Source: Trichomonas gallinae (lineage: Eukaryota). From it: 64,000 nucleotides of DNA. The notes beneath the pieces were generated by a model. It had not been told where the DNA came from. It saw only the letters and a program-made list of their open reading frames with translations, and did no database searches. Every line of letters begins with the position of its first letter. Within the stretch, counting starts at the first letter, position 1. Made by a program: the position numbers and the translations under genes. Below, piece after piece: positions 21,901-32,964 of this stretch. The stretch is from the NCBI GenBank assembly GCA_008369845.1, contig MRSU01010422.1, forward strand, positions 1-64,000, in the 5' to 3' direction.

Positions 21901-24900
21901 GTTCAAATATTTATCGACAAAAGCACCAAGCTTTTCTGCTAAATCTTTGGAAAATGGAATCTTTGGTGCTGGAACTTCGAAGACTGCTGGATATGATTTT
22001 CTCATTTCCATTGTTAGGTTTTTATCATTAGATGAGATCTTTCTGTTGTTGACAGCAATGAATCTTGTAACCAATGAATCGTATATTTCTGCACCAAAGA
22101 GAATCATAGCAGTCAGTGCTGGCTGCAACTCCTTGTTTGGATCAATCAGGTCCAAAATTTGTGCGGTTGACAATTCTCTGCGAAGTTTGTTGACATACAA
22201 AGGAATCAAATGGTAATAACCGCCTGACATTGATGTCTTTGATGTTGTGTTGAGCATTTCTGTCATTGTAGCAACCATTGTGTATGTTTTGACTTGTTCT
22301 AATTCTCTAGTACTGACTGGAGAAAGCGCAAAAGTTACTCCGCAAACTCTCTTGAAAAGATTACATGAACTTTCCATTTTGTAGAGCATCTTTCCAATGC
22401 ATTTGAGTGATGTATTATCATTCACCATTTGAATCCTGTGGAGCTGTATAACTCCATCGTCATCAATCCTTTTCGCGTTATTGGCAGCTGTCATCAAGAA
22501 GTTTTCATCGTTCGGATTGTAAATTTGAATGAAAGCTCTGTATAATGATATGAAATTCTGTTTGAGTTCATCATATTCGAAGAACTTGTTCAAATATTCC
22601 AATGATATCTTAGGAAGCTCAGTACGTTTTGCATTCAGCCATTTCGCACGAAGAATATCATCTTTTAACAAGTTGATGTTAAAGCAATTTATGATGAAAT
22701 CAATTTTTTCTTTCCTTTTGTCCTTGTTTTTCTCGATTGTTTTGTCCATGATGATTGTGCAGATTTGTTTGATCATCTGCGGGATTTCTTTAGGATCAAC
22801 TTTCAGTGGATTTAAAGGCTGCAAACCTTGCCTCACGTTATTTATCAAACTCTTAAAGTTTTGGTTCTTGGAAAGTTCATCGATGACTGCTGGAGGACTA
22901 AGTGGGTTTATTTGTTGCGTGCAAATAGCTTTGAGTTCATCCATATAATTCGCTGACCAAAGAATCGCAATCAAAATCTTGAACACAAGTTTTTCATATT
23001 TTGGATTTACTCCTCTTCTCGGTTTATTTCTGAATTGTTTTGGTAATAAGCAAAGAGTCAAATTCCATTGGATAGAATCTTTCTCGAATGTTTTGACTCT
23101 GCATAACTTTACCAAATCATCGTGAATGTTTAAAGCTTCTGATGACAAGTTTCCTTCTAATGAATTCTTCTCTTGAATCATCTTCATTAACTCTGGGTTT
23201 TCTGTTTCGAACTCTGTTTCTGAAATTGGCTCCATCAACTTATTGAGGGACCTCATGATCAAATAAGGTACTAATGAATAAACAACATCTTCTGCTGTAT
23301 AATTTTCTGGATAGAAATCATCTGTTGCGTTGACTGAGCATTTAATTCCATCGAGATCATACTGAGCATCATTGTAGCTTCCTACTATATTCAAATTCAA
23401 TACCTGACCGTCAATGAGTTTGCTCTTTGTGGTGGAAATCTCTTCTAAGTTGATGTATGAATTGTCAGGAATGTTATTTTTGTTGTATTTCCTGTTTGTC
23501 ACTGTTATTTCATCAAATGGAGTATTAAGTTCTGAATCAATATCTATGAAATTATTCGACGGAGAGAAGATAGTTGTGTGGAGGCTGACAGAGTCTACAT
23601 CAGCAGGCGATGAACTGGAAAAGAACTTGTTAATTTCTTTGAATTTTCTTTCGCTTAAAAGTGAAGTAAGATCGATAAAATACTTTGAGTCTGCATCTAA
23701 GAAAGCTTTGAGAATCAAATCGGCTAAACTATATCCTATCGGCAAAATTGATAAAACCTTTAGAAGCTTCTTGAATATATGTCTTGCTGCTTTAATATCT
23801 TCGTTGTCAACGTTTTCGCTGATGACAGTTAATATTGACTGTATCAATGGAACAAATTCTTCATCGTAAACAAAATTGTTGGCACTCTTTGACAAGGTGT
23901 ATATATCGTCGAGTCTCATTGATATGAAAGCTATTTGATCATTTCTGTCGATGAATTCAGAGTATTCTGTAGTGAATTCGAAGAACAATGACTGATGTAA
24001 ATTGAAAATTTCATCCGGTTTGGTTGATATATAATCTTTCGAAATCATATTAGCGAACTTTGGCCAGTATATTCCATATCTGAATGTTCTAACGACCATG
24101 TCAAGAGTGTTAGAGTGGATAATTGTTGGTAAACTTCTCGTTATTATAATATTAAGGATTTTCCTTGTTTTAGAATTGACTTTTTCGCCTTTTGCTATAT
24201 GTTGTCTTACGTTCAACAAAATGAATCTGATTAAAAGCGTGTCATAAAATATTCCTTTCTTGATATTGAAGTCGTGATGAAGCTTTAGGTATGTGGAAAA
24301 TGCATCCTCGATGTTTTGCATTGGTGTTGATGCATAATCGTTGGAAGTGTTTAATCCATTAATAATAGTTTCGAAAACTTTTGTTATTGAGTCAATCATA
24401 TCATTCGCGATGATTGCTGCAGCTGTTTTGGATGTTGAAAAATAGCTTGGACGAATTAAAGGAATATAGCGACAAAGATTTGATAATTGGAATTTGTCAA
24501 CAAAAATGTTATTTGACTTATAAAGCACTCTAAAGCAGTATTGGTCTGAAAAATTGATTGGAAAGCTTGTGTAAAATGGAATTTCATCGTTGTAAATTGT
24601 CATATCATTTAGATCTATGTGATAATTCTTGAGGTTGCTTGATTGAACGTACATATTTGCATCATTTATGATACAAAATGTGTTATAGACTCCATAATCT
24701 ATATTTGTTACAACTGAATTTCCCGAATTCAAAGAATTTGGAACATTTGTGTCTTTGAACTTTGTAATAGTAAGAAGTGAACGGTTGATGCCGATAAATG
24801 TTAACTGGTTGTTGATTACGCAAATATTTATTAATTCATTTTCATAAATTTGTGAAATCGGAAATTGCTTATTTTTAGTTATAATTTGGTCATTTTCTAA

Positions 24901-25560
24901 ATCAAATATGTATAATTCCTCCTCTGTTGAATACAAAATCATTCCTTTCTTGTTTTCTTGCAAAATGTAAAGCGAATGTGATTTACTTGCTTCTAATAAT
25001 TCACTTATGGTGTTATTTTCGAACCACTTTTCATGTGGAATATCTTTAAAGATCTGAAATTGATCTGTAATTTGGGGAATTTTTGGAAGTTGAAAATCGA
25101 AGTCATTTTCTAAGAAAAACTGCATAGCAGCGAGCTTTGTTCTTGGTAAGTTTGTGTTCATTACTCGTTCAAGAAGAGGGGCGCAAATTTCTGAAGTAAA
25201 TTCGCTTTTCTTTTCAGTTATAAAGACGTGAAGCTGTTCTTCTGGAAGAGTATCAATTGCAACATTTTCTCCAAGTGCTGTATCATAAGATTTATCATCA
25301 CCTGATAATGGAATCATCCTAAAGTAGTTGTTTTGAGCTGTAAGTTGGTCTTCCTCGTTCTTTATCTTGCGTAGAAGCTTTTCATATATTTGAGAAAATG
25401 ATAAAAACTTCTTTTCAGCATCGGAAGCATATTTTTTCAAGTAATTCTTGATAAAATCCTCATCAAACTGGTTTTTAAGGATCTCTCTCAAGAATACTGA
25501 GCTAAACTCCTCATAAATGAACGGAGTTGGCTCTATTAAGTTAGCTAAAGAAGTATCCAT
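18919..25560 (-). CDS. Giant HECT-domain E3 ubiquitin ligase (divergent)
   Basis: C-terminal EENGLDAGGLFRDSL, LLKFITGS and LPVAHTC (catalytic Cys)...LRDKLIFAI; possible SPRY-like segment mid-protein; ATG at 25560. Confidence 0.88.
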   Translation of the reverse strand: MDTSLANLIEPTPFIYEEFSSVFLREILKNQFDEDFIKNYLKKYASDAEKKFLSFSQIYEKLLRKIKNEEDQLTAQNNYFRMIPLSGDDKSYDTALGENVAIDTLPEEQLHVFITEKKSEFTSEICAPLLERVMNTNLPRTKLAAMQFFLENDFDFQLPKIPQITDQFQIFKDIPHEKWFENNTISELLEASKSHSLYILQENKKGMILYSTEEELYIFDLENDQIITKNKQFPISQIYENELINICVINNQLTFIGINRSLLTITKFKDTNVPNSLNSGNSVVTNIDYGVYNTFCIINDANMYVQSSNLKNYHIDLNDMTIYNDEIPFYTSFPINFSDQYCFRVLYKSNNIFVDKFQLSNLCRYIPLIRPSYFSTSKTAAAIIANDMIDSITKVFETIINGLNTSNDYASTPMQNIEDAFSTYLKLHHDFNIKKGIFYDTLLIRFILLNVRQHIAKGEKVNSKTRKILNIIITRSLPTIIHSNTLDMVVRTFRYGIYWPKFANMISKDYISTKPDEIFNLHQSLFFEFTTEYSEFIDRNDQIAFISMRLDDIYTLSKSANNFVYDEEFVPLIQSILTVISENVDNEDIKAARHIFKKLLKVLSILPIGYSLADLILKAFLDADSKYFIDLTSLLSERKFKEINKFFSSSSPADVDSVSLHTTIFSPSNNFIDIDSELNTPFDEITVTNRKYNKNNIPDNSYINLEEISTTKSKLIDGQVLNLNIVGSYNDAQYDLDGIKCSVNATDDFYPENYTAEDVVYSLVPYLIMRSLNKLMEPISETEFETENPELMKMIQEKNSLEGNLSSEALNIHDDLVKLCRVKTFEKDSIQWNLTLCLLPKQFRNKPRRGVNPKYEKLVFKILIAILWSANYMDELKAICTQQINPLSPPAVIDELSKNQNFKSLINNVRQGLQPLNPLKVDPKEIPQMIKQICTIIMDKTIEKNKDKRKEKIDFIINCFNINLLKDDILRAKWLNAKRTELPKISLEYLNKFFEYDELKQNFISLYRAFIQIYNPNDENFLMTAANNAKRIDDDGVIQLHRIQMVNDNTSLKCIGKMLYKMESSCNLFKRVCGVTFALSPVSTRELEQVKTYTMVATMTEMLNTTSKTSMSGGYYHLIPLYVNKLRRELSTAQILDLIDPNKELQPALTAMILFGAEIYDSLVTRFIAVNNRKISSNDKNLTMEMRKSYPAVFEVPAPKIPFSKDLAEKLGAFVDKYLNMNTNDRKQAITNCIIISFVSRIFNVCDNPTELSLHFRKFMDMYDEVTKAKVPALTNNQFSYNIRELVHIRKADNNHHQFICLTHNADSITNKKIIFGSPDTASFFAYTNAIQPQKGIRFEIKFISNAIKYIGFIDKEWNPIFISLFDKNIYMEGKRVPYTGSITDISLVNFNDKLLYFGPICIDTGEKKKRWIFVITVCDDNIINYDEFTSRDILLPVDNYIPHDMDLKSIFPKVMLGMPVSLEGFYDGIIADFSKNGYMCHAIHAENDSIMELPVFTYMVEPEHAEFESVLLRAAARYKIGSRKETNQKILNLCRDYSISMIKQFLVHFNGSNFIVFISDNLSKLTDQASEEDLAKIKKLIGNKTNELLDYIKKQLIEFDNDATVVKPQDFASLSNNPSGSMQKAYFQAWNHGLLMPRTFMNGIHFIFDFKKTCPAFVDKIITSFRLEMPTNLDDALLILKFFNLPNIKKPQINDNTLSDYLNNLVTFIFEKNPDLIVQPQICSELVNICAKNVIERYCTLQNLSNTSVFPPLALLANDINLRYEKVLHRDINTRYPIQVQLENGSEEYLKPGTYTRKSKRVNKFRYYFDLNGRQSFNDWQEWRSRPIINCIKIVQESIERHTPISANINFPPIVLFFSHVILSQIKVLPENFYDLPALYRGIESQLVYLTNRGFSPYYDLYRQGKFIYLENVPITRTVAKGCPYGQAIVLIDYFAEQQRAFPTTIMKEDGWKRFYLIRYREENGLDAGGLFRDSLTMMVDELHDTKLNIFEQPPTSVRNNDGCLIPRLDLTAKRAIAIGALIGCIVATNNPQKFKLPMWLWDFLAIPNATVQELIECSDSGYVSRLATVVGNIKHGFNMVINPTIASTITGRQLKLLAIGNEAAITYEKFLSFVDGYDPVVNVFKNAISSFTSEQFELLLKFITGSPTPPHGRERIKIRQVGRAYGDQHKFPLPVAHTCIKLIEIYPYTDVNILRDKLIFAISNVSTMEDN

Positions 25561-26182
25561 ATAAATATTTGTTGGAAAAAAAAATGCCAAACAATTTTTC
25601 CAAAAAAAAAAATTTATAAAATTCAGAAATTATATGTATTATTTAGGCACTTAAATAAGACCGGAAAATTTGACAAATGTCACTTTTGCAGTGCGCGATA
25701 TTTGCGCAAAAATCACAAACCGTCTATATATTGTTAGCGCTCATATTCACTATATTACATATTATCAAAAAAATGATCTTATTTAATTGAAGCAATTATA
25801 GCTTCTGAGAGTTCGACTAAAGAAATTCTTTCAGGTAATCCTTCCAGACATAGATATTGTAGGCGTTCAAATCAACATTTTGAAAATTGAATTATTACAT
25901 TTGAATATTTGACACTTTAAATGTCAACTATTACCATGGAAATCCGTTAATCCCGACATTTATAAATTAGCCACTATATACGATTTGTAAACGTAATTCA
26001 TGCACAAATTGAATTTTTGTTGAGGATATTTTTCTGTGCAACAATTTTTATGTTCAGATTGACTTTCTTTTATTAAATTTGGAGTATATGCATAAAGCAT
26101 ATATCAAAAATCGAGGAATGGATCAAATATGGAAATTCTGACATTTGTTATACCATCCACGTAAAGTTGTCAAAATTTTAAA

Positions 26183-27049
26183 ATGATTGATAAAGTTCTG
26201 CTTATTAAATTTATAGGATCTGTTTTAATCTTCATATCAGCAATCGCTGGTATTGCATCCCCACTTATTTTCAGAAAGATGTTGTGGATCGCCAGAGCTC
26301 AAAGTCTTGCTGGCGGAATTTTCTTAGGCGCAGGTATTGTTCACTTGCTAGATGATGCATTTGTCAGCATGAGAACTCTTCACATAGATTATCCTGTTGC
26401 TCCATTAGTTACTCTTATCACTTTCACGCTTTTCACTGTTATTTCATTTTTCTCATATTCCAAAGAACAAATGGATGAAGCCGACAAATCTGCTAATGAC
26501 GAGAACTACATTACTTTAATGGATGGTATGCCATCAATGCTTACAGATTCAGCAAGTGTCGACCCACCACTCTTTGGTACTAACTTCCTTACTATTCCAA
26601 AACTCTCACTGTACATTATCCTTTCAATACATTCATTTATCGAAGGTTTCGCTCTTGGCATATTAAAAACATTCCTCCAAACATTAGGTTTATTCTTGGC
26701 CATGGTTGGCTTCAAGATAATTGAAGCATTCGCCTTAGGCTTTTACATGATTTCAGATCGTCCGAAGAAAAAATTATATTGGTCATTAAGCATTGTCTAC
26801 TCATTCCTTACGCCTCTCTTTTGCATTGTCGGACACTACGTCAACAAAGCATCAAATGAGCGCACAATTGGTGTAATTTCTGCATTTTCGGCAGGAACAT
26901 TCATTTTTGTCGGATTCTCTGAGTGGAGAGGCATATCTACGCAAAAATCGAAGTGGAATATGCGTGAAAAGATCTGGCATTTTTCAAGTTTCGTTGCTGG
27001 TGTCGGCTGGATGCTTCTCATTGCAGGCATTGAAACTATCTACAAATGA
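26183..27049 (+). CDS. ZIP-family (SLC39) metal transporter
   Basis: Eight TM segments; GGIFLGAGIVHLL, LSIHSFIEGFALG, K..EAFALG, SAGTFIFVG. Confidence 0.9.
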   Translation: MIDKVLLIKFIGSVLIFISAIAGIASPLIFRKMLWIARAQSLAGGIFLGAGIVHLLDDAFVSMRTLHIDYPVAPLVTLITFTLFTVISFFSYSKEQMDEADKSANDENYITLMDGMPSMLTDSASVDPPLFGTNFLTIPKLSLYIILSIHSFIEGFALGILKTFLQTLGLFLAMVGFKIIEAFALGFYMISDRPKKKLYWSLSIVYSFLTPLFCIVGHYVNKASNERTIGVISAFSAGTFIFVGFSEWRGISTQKSKWNMREKIWHFSSFVAGVGWMLLIAGIETIYK

Positions 27050-27587
27050 GCTTTTTATACGCGCTTACTTTTTGATTTGTTTAATAGTAAAATTTTATGT
27101 TATATTCATTAGTAGCGAAAAATGATGTTTTTTTTTCACATAAACGTGAATATATTTGATATAACAAGCTAAAATTTCTGATTAAACTAAAGTCTTTGTA
27201 AATGATGAATTCATCAATTGACTTTCGTTATGAAAATGTATTTTGTATAAATTGTAAATGTAGAATATATGTATTTTTAGATAAAGAGTGTACTTATATG
27301 TGTTTTTTAGATTTTTTGCTTAATTTCACGTTTTGAATAAAAATGATTTGTTCGAAGATTTAATTTCATATGTGATGTTAGTATAAATTTCTTTCTATTA
27401 TGTGAAATAATCATTGCCAGGTGATGAAAACATCATGTTATCGATAACCAAAAAATGAAATATTGCGAAAAATAGATTTGACACAACATTCCATCAAAAC
27501 CATGCATTACAGAGTAAAAACTTATGGGACAATGAAACAAAAACGAAACAAAATGAATTGATCAAAAACAAAACTAAAAAACATTTT

Positions 27588-30500
27588 TTATTTTCGAGGT
27601 GTTGGAGTCTTTGCATCCAGAGCAGGGAGACCTGCCTTGGGGCTCTGATCTAATGCCGACATAAGCTTGTCACGCTTCACCTTTTTCTGTAGAGCCGACA
27701 AAACTTGACCTTGAGGTTTCGAATTAAAAACTTTGTTGAATGTCGTCTCTCTATTGAGGAGCTCTGCCTGGCAGTACTTAAGCTGTGATTGTACTTCATT
27801 TAGAGCCTTAGTTCTTTCTTCAATTAGACGCTCAAGCTCTGCAATCTTCTCTAAGTCTTCGGGACGCGCACCGCGGTTTGCGAACTTATCTTCCCATTCA
27901 GTTGCGTCTTTTTCTAGATTTGCTATCTGCTCTTTCTTTTCTGCTTCTTGCTTTTGAATGTCTGTACGCTGCTTCTCTATCTGCAGCTCCCATTTCCTGT
28001 TGAGTTCTTCAAGCCTCCTGTTATATTCTTTCTCTTGTGAATCAAGCTGATCTTGCTGCTTTTTCTTTTGCGCGAGAATTTCGTTCTTAAGATCTTCAAG
28101 TTGCTTGCGAAGCTTGCTCAGCTCTTCTTCATGCAGCTTCTTCTGTTTATCTAGTGCCATGTTGTTCTCTTTATCCAGATCTTTCACGGCTGCTTCTCCT
28201 CTTTGACGAGATTTTTCGATATCACTTTTGATTGCATCCAGTTCATCCTGTCTCTGCTTCTGTAAAGCGTCATTAGCTTTTTTGATTCTATCTAATTCTT
28301 GCGCGTGCGATGCTTTGAGGTCTTCCAGCTCTTTATTTCTCCTCCTGTCTTCTTCGCCGCTCTTTGATTCGATTTCTTTCTGCTTGGCCTCTATTTGCTG
28401 CTTCAGCTCATTTATTTGATTCTCGAGCTCGCTGATTGTTTTCTGCCTGTTTTGCTCCAACTCGCTGATTTCGTCTTCCTTGAATTTGATCTTCAATTTG
28501 TTTGCTTCATCAAGCTCGTTGTATAGATGCGTTAAATCGCTGACAGATTTAGCGTGAGCTTCTTTAACTGCTGCCAATTCTTGCTGCAGTCTGGCCTTTT
28601 CACTTTGAAACTGTTCTTCTGATGCTTTTCTGAGATTCTCTGCTTGTTCTTCCTCAGCTTTGTGCGCGCTGCATAGTTCATTGTACTGTGATGTGAACTT
28701 CGCAATCATTGCTGCCTTTTCGGTCTTCCATGATGAGTTGTCCATTCCTTTTAATTCGTCGATTCTTTTTTGTCTCTTTGCTACTTCTTCCTTTCTAAAT
28801 TGTTCAGCATTTGCTTTTTGCCTTTCTTTTTCTTCAATCATTCTCCTGACTTCCGCCAGCTTTTCATCCCATGTTCTTTTGAGTTCATCTAGATCGTTTT
28901 GTCTCTGTTTTTTGAGTTTTTCTAACAAATCATCCCGGTCGCGTATTCTTCTATCGTCTGCTTCTTTCTGCAGTTTCTCCATTTCTTCGCTGTGCTTCAT
29001 CTTGATTGCTTCTAGTTCTGAAGCTTGCTTGCTTTTAAGTTCATTCATATCTTTGTTGTACAAGTCTGAGGCTTCGTTAAGTCTCTTCTTCGCGTTTTCC
29101 TCGATTTCTTGAAGTTTTGTTGCTCTTGACTGCTTTAATAACTCCATTGATGCGTTGTGGGCTGACACCAAGTCATCGAGCTCTTTGTTTGCCTTTGCAA
29201 TTGAGTCAGAAAGTTTTGATGAGCTGTCAGATGATGCCGCCATAGAATTATTCAGTTCTTGCTCTAATTTCTTGATTTCAGCATCATGCTTTCTTACCAA
29301 TTCATCGAGTTCTTTGCTGTGGGTCTTCTCTAGTTCAGCCATTTCTTGCTCAATCTTCTGTTTGGCTGAGAAAATTGATGATTTAAGTGTCTGAACATCG
29401 ACTTCGAATTTCTTTCTGACGTTTTGCGTTTCGTCTTCAAGTTCTTTCTCCTTCCTCTGGGATTCAGCAACGTATTCCATGTGGCGCTTATTCAGTTCGT
29501 CCAAGGCCATCTTGTGGTCTCTCTCTAGTTGCTGTCTTCTGTTGTCTCCGTCAGTTTGATTCGTGTTTGATGAGTCAATTAAAATTTTCATTTGTTTTTC
29601 GTGTTCTGCCCTTTCTTGCTCGAGTTGGTCTGTGATTGATTTCATTGTGCGCTCGTACTCTTCCTGTTCATGCTTGATTTGCGACTCAATGTCTGATATT
29701 AGTCCTTCGTATTTATCTTTTATGTTTTTTTCTTCTTCTTTTAACTTTTCTTCTTCATTTACGTATTTTTCGGTGATTAATTTCTCTTGATCGGCCATTT
29801 TAGTTGCGAGCTTCTCTGATTCTTGCTGCATTTGAATTAAAGAAAGTTTCAGGTTATCAACATTTACAACTATTTCATCTCTTTCTATCTCTAGCTTTTT
29901 AATTCTTGCTTCAAGCTTCTTTTGCTTTTGTAGCAAGTCTGCGGTTGTTTTTTGCTGTTCGCTCGCGATTTGTTCGCGTAATTTTGCTAATTCTTCTTCA
30001 AACTTTTGTCTGAGTGCTTCTTCCTCTTTGGCTGTCTTCATAACAATCTCATTATACTTTTTATTTGCCACATTTACGTGTTGTGTTAATAATTTTTTGT
30101 GTTTTTCTTCTAATTTAGCGAGTGTTTGGTCTGATATCTTCTGGAACTCTGTCATGGAGTTGTTCATCATTGTAGTTTGCTTTTCTAGTAATGCTTTGAG
30201 ATTTTGAAGTTGTTTTTGATATAAAACGATTTGATTCGATGCAAATTCAACAATTCTGTGTGACTGACTTTCCATTTGTGATCTTCTTTCGTCGTATTGC
30301 TGTGATACTTTCGAAAACTCTTTCTGATAAATCTGTCTAATATTTGAATCGACGGTTTGCTCGCATGTCTGCATAAAACTTGTCACTCTGTCAATTTCCT
30401 TCTTTGTAATGACTTGTGCTGATGCATATTCGTCTTCAAGTTGTTCTCTCATGTGTTTTACTTCGTCTTTCCTGTCTATGGCTTCAGCATGCAGTCGAAA

Positions 30501-30590
30501 TACGATTTTGGTGAGAGTAGCAATCTTCTTGCTGATTTGGTGAATCCATTCATGAAATTCTGGGTCGTTAAAGTCGAGATTATTATTCAT
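27588..30590 (-). CDS. FAM184-like long coiled-coil protein
   Basis: N-terminal ISKKIATLTKIVFRLH and C-terminal RPED...ELLNRETTFNKVFN match the FAM184A/B termini as recalled; long coiled coil between them. Confidence 0.75.
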   Translation of the reverse strand: MNNNLDFNDPEFHEWIHQISKKIATLTKIVFRLHAEAIDRKDEVKHMREQLEDEYASAQVITKKEIDRVTSFMQTCEQTVDSNIRQIYQKEFSKVSQQYDERRSQMESQSHRIVEFASNQIVLYQKQLQNLKALLEKQTTMMNNSMTEFQKISDQTLAKLEEKHKKLLTQHVNVANKKYNEIVMKTAKEEEALRQKFEEELAKLREQIASEQQKTTADLLQKQKKLEARIKKLEIERDEIVVNVDNLKLSLIQMQQESEKLATKMADQEKLITEKYVNEEEKLKEEEKNIKDKYEGLISDIESQIKHEQEEYERTMKSITDQLEQERAEHEKQMKILIDSSNTNQTDGDNRRQQLERDHKMALDELNKRHMEYVAESQRKEKELEDETQNVRKKFEVDVQTLKSSIFSAKQKIEQEMAELEKTHSKELDELVRKHDAEIKKLEQELNNSMAASSDSSSKLSDSIAKANKELDDLVSAHNASMELLKQSRATKLQEIEENAKKRLNEASDLYNKDMNELKSKQASELEAIKMKHSEEMEKLQKEADDRRIRDRDDLLEKLKKQRQNDLDELKRTWDEKLAEVRRMIEEKERQKANAEQFRKEEVAKRQKRIDELKGMDNSSWKTEKAAMIAKFTSQYNELCSAHKAEEEQAENLRKASEEQFQSEKARLQQELAAVKEAHAKSVSDLTHLYNELDEANKLKIKFKEDEISELEQNRQKTISELENQINELKQQIEAKQKEIESKSGEEDRRRNKELEDLKASHAQELDRIKKANDALQKQRQDELDAIKSDIEKSRQRGEAAVKDLDKENNMALDKQKKLHEEELSKLRKQLEDLKNEILAQKKKQQDQLDSQEKEYNRRLEELNRKWELQIEKQRTDIQKQEAEKKEQIANLEKDATEWEDKFANRGARPEDLEKIAELERLIEERTKALNEVQSQLKYCQAELLNRETTFNKVFNSKPQGQVLSALQKKVKRDKLMSALDQSPKAGLPALDAKTPTPRK

Positions 30591-30686
30591 GAATTGAAAA
30601 ATTTTAGAAGTATTGCGCCCGTAATTTTTGTTTGCTGTACGTTAATTAATTATAATGATTTCTTTTACGCCCGTATATTCCGCCAT

Positions 30687-30791
30687 ATTGCTTTGATTTG
30701 TGCTTCAATGAAATGTCATCATGAAGTTGTCAAACTCATTCTCACAGTTCCTATAATAGATGTCAACGCAAAAGACATTTACAACAGATGA
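30687..30791 (+). pseudogene. Isolated single ankyrin-repeat remnant
   Basis: IALICASMKCHHEVVKLILTVPIIDVNAKDIYNR*; shares exact 20-nt and 21-nt strings with the reverse complement of 803-1000. Confidence 0.75.
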
Positions 30792-31362
30792 AATCAAAAA
30801 AAAAAAGCTGAAATCTCATAGAGCAATTTAATTAATTTTAGAGATGATTCTATTTATAGACGCATAGTACCTAATTTTACATGTATATAATGCAGATTAC
30901 AAATGTTCTCTTCATAACATTGTAATATATGCTAAGAATGCCATGATATAACTGTACTGAAGTAAAATTATCGTAAAACAACGTATTTAAATAGAAATTT
31001 GAAAGAAATATTTCTCATCATTTTTTATTATTACTGTAACTAAGCGATTTTGATTGTATATGGTAAAATCTACATGAATTTCTGTTGAGTTATGACATAT
31101 GAGCGGTATTTAATGACAGCCATGTTTTTTATATTTTTTGATGACTAATTTTTGTTATATCTTATCATCATTTATCTCAGAAAGATTTGATTTTCACTAT
31201 TAATATTGTTGTATTTTAATGAATTGTAATTTCAAAATATAAATAAACCAACAATATATGGTTTTTATTTGATAAATGATTTATATATGATACATATGTT
31301 ATGGTAATGACATTTTTAAAACTTGTTCATAAAAATATGTGTACGTTTAATTATAAATAAAG

Positions 31363-32964
31363 ATGATAAGTCCGACGGAGAAGAAATTAGTTTTTGCATC
31401 AGACAATGACGACGATGACCAAGTAAACAAGTTTAAAGAGGAATATGAGAAAATTGAAGCTTCAATTAAAGAAAAATCGCGAAAGAAATCAAGATTGAAT
31501 GCATCTGTTCGAGATTTACAAGCCAAATTAGAAAATCTCAAGAAGATGAACAAAATACAAAAAGCTCAACAGCTAGAAATCGAAAAATCACTTCGCATAC
31601 GAAAAAAGAAATTCGATGAAGACAATACTTCATTAGAAAGAGCAAAAGATCAATATATTTCAAGCAGCAAAAAGGCCGAAAGAGTTAAAAATATCATTGA
31701 GAAGATCAAAGCAGAACTACAAAAAGCTAAAATTTTAATAGAAAATGAAGAATCAAAGCTACGTGAGATTAGACCATGCGTTATTGATTATGGCCTCTTG
31801 CAAACAAACATTCAACTAATGAAACAAAGAATAGACAATAAAAAAGAAATTTTGAAACAAAGAAACTTAGATTTCGCCGAAGCACAGCAAAAAATGCAAC
31901 AACTTACATCTGATGAGCAAAAGCTCTCAAATTCTAGGCACAATCTCGAAGAATCTTTGGATGATTTAGATGCAAGAAGACTTCAGACGCAGCAGATTTT
32001 AACAGATCCCATTGATAACCTTGACTACGAAGAATCCATTGTTGCTGATGCAGAAAGAGACGCAAATGAAACAGAGCAAAGACATAATCAGATTCAAGTT
32101 GACGATGGACAGCAAATTATGGAAAAGATACTCGACGAAATCATTGCCCTTGAGCAAAACAATGAGATGCGTCGTGAAGGTTTAGATGTAAGACAAAAGC
32201 AGCTCGATGCTTTCAAAGAAGAATATCTCAAGAATCCTATAGTATCTCCACAGCCTTCAAAATCACCTGAAATCAAGTATTCGAGGCAAACTCTGTCTAT
32301 AACTGAAGCGCAGGAGCAAGTTGAAAAGCTCAGCGCTCAGCTTGAAGCTAAGCTTCAGTCAGTTGAAGACGAAGAAAGAGCAATTGATGACTTGGTAAAG
32401 AATAACATATTAAAGCGCAAAGAAATCGACGACAAATACAGGACAAAACTGGAGAAACTGAATCAGCTCCAGACGATGAAGAATACTATAGAGGCACTGA
32501 TGCTGAGTATATCAGAACTAATGGAAAAGAATGATCAGCTCATGCAAAAATCAGAAAAGAATCAGAAGATGATTGATGAAATCAACCACAGAAACGCAAA
32601 CGCTGAACGTGATAGAAACAAGAACAATTCAGTCGCACTTTACCTGCAGAAGCTTAGACAGGGACTCAAGGATAAAGAGGAAGAGAAGAGAGCACGCGAT
32701 GAGATGCTGGAGGTGCTCAGAGCTCAAATCAAGGAAGGCGAGGAAGAATTTGCTAAACTCGAAGCAAATTTGAAACTCAAAGAACAAGAAGCTCAAAAGG
32801 TTGAAGAGCAGATGAAAGATGTGACCGCGAAATTAGAAAACGCCAACGCAAGAGCTGCTGAGCAAAAGAGACTCTTAGATGAATTCATTGAATCCCATCC
32901 TTATATCAATAGAGATCCAAACGATATGATTGGTCAGCTCGCCCAACTTGTCGCTGGTGCATAA
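31363..32964 (+). CDS. Coiled-coil hypothetical protein
   Basis: 533-aa ORF rich in E/K/Q heptads. Confidence 0.8.
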   Translation: MISPTEKKLVFASDNDDDDQVNKFKEEYEKIEASIKEKSRKKSRLNASVRDLQAKLENLKKMNKIQKAQQLEIEKSLRIRKKKFDEDNTSLERAKDQYISSSKKAERVKNIIEKIKAELQKAKILIENEESKLREIRPCVIDYGLLQTNIQLMKQRIDNKKEILKQRNLDFAEAQQKMQQLTSDEQKLSNSRHNLEESLDDLDARRLQTQQILTDPIDNLDYEESIVADAERDANETEQRHNQIQVDDGQQIMEKILDEIIALEQNNEMRREGLDVRQKQLDAFKEEYLKNPIVSPQPSKSPEIKYSRQTLSITEAQEQVEKLSAQLEAKLQSVEDEERAIDDLVKNNILKRKEIDDKYRTKLEKLNQLQTMKNTIEALMLSISELMEKNDQLMQKSEKNQKMIDEINHRNANAERDRNKNNSVALYLQKLRQGLKDKEEEKRARDEMLEVLRAQIKEGEEEFAKLEANLKLKEQEAQKVEEQMKDVTAKLENANARAAEQKRLLDEFIESHPYINRDPNDMIGQLAQLVAGA

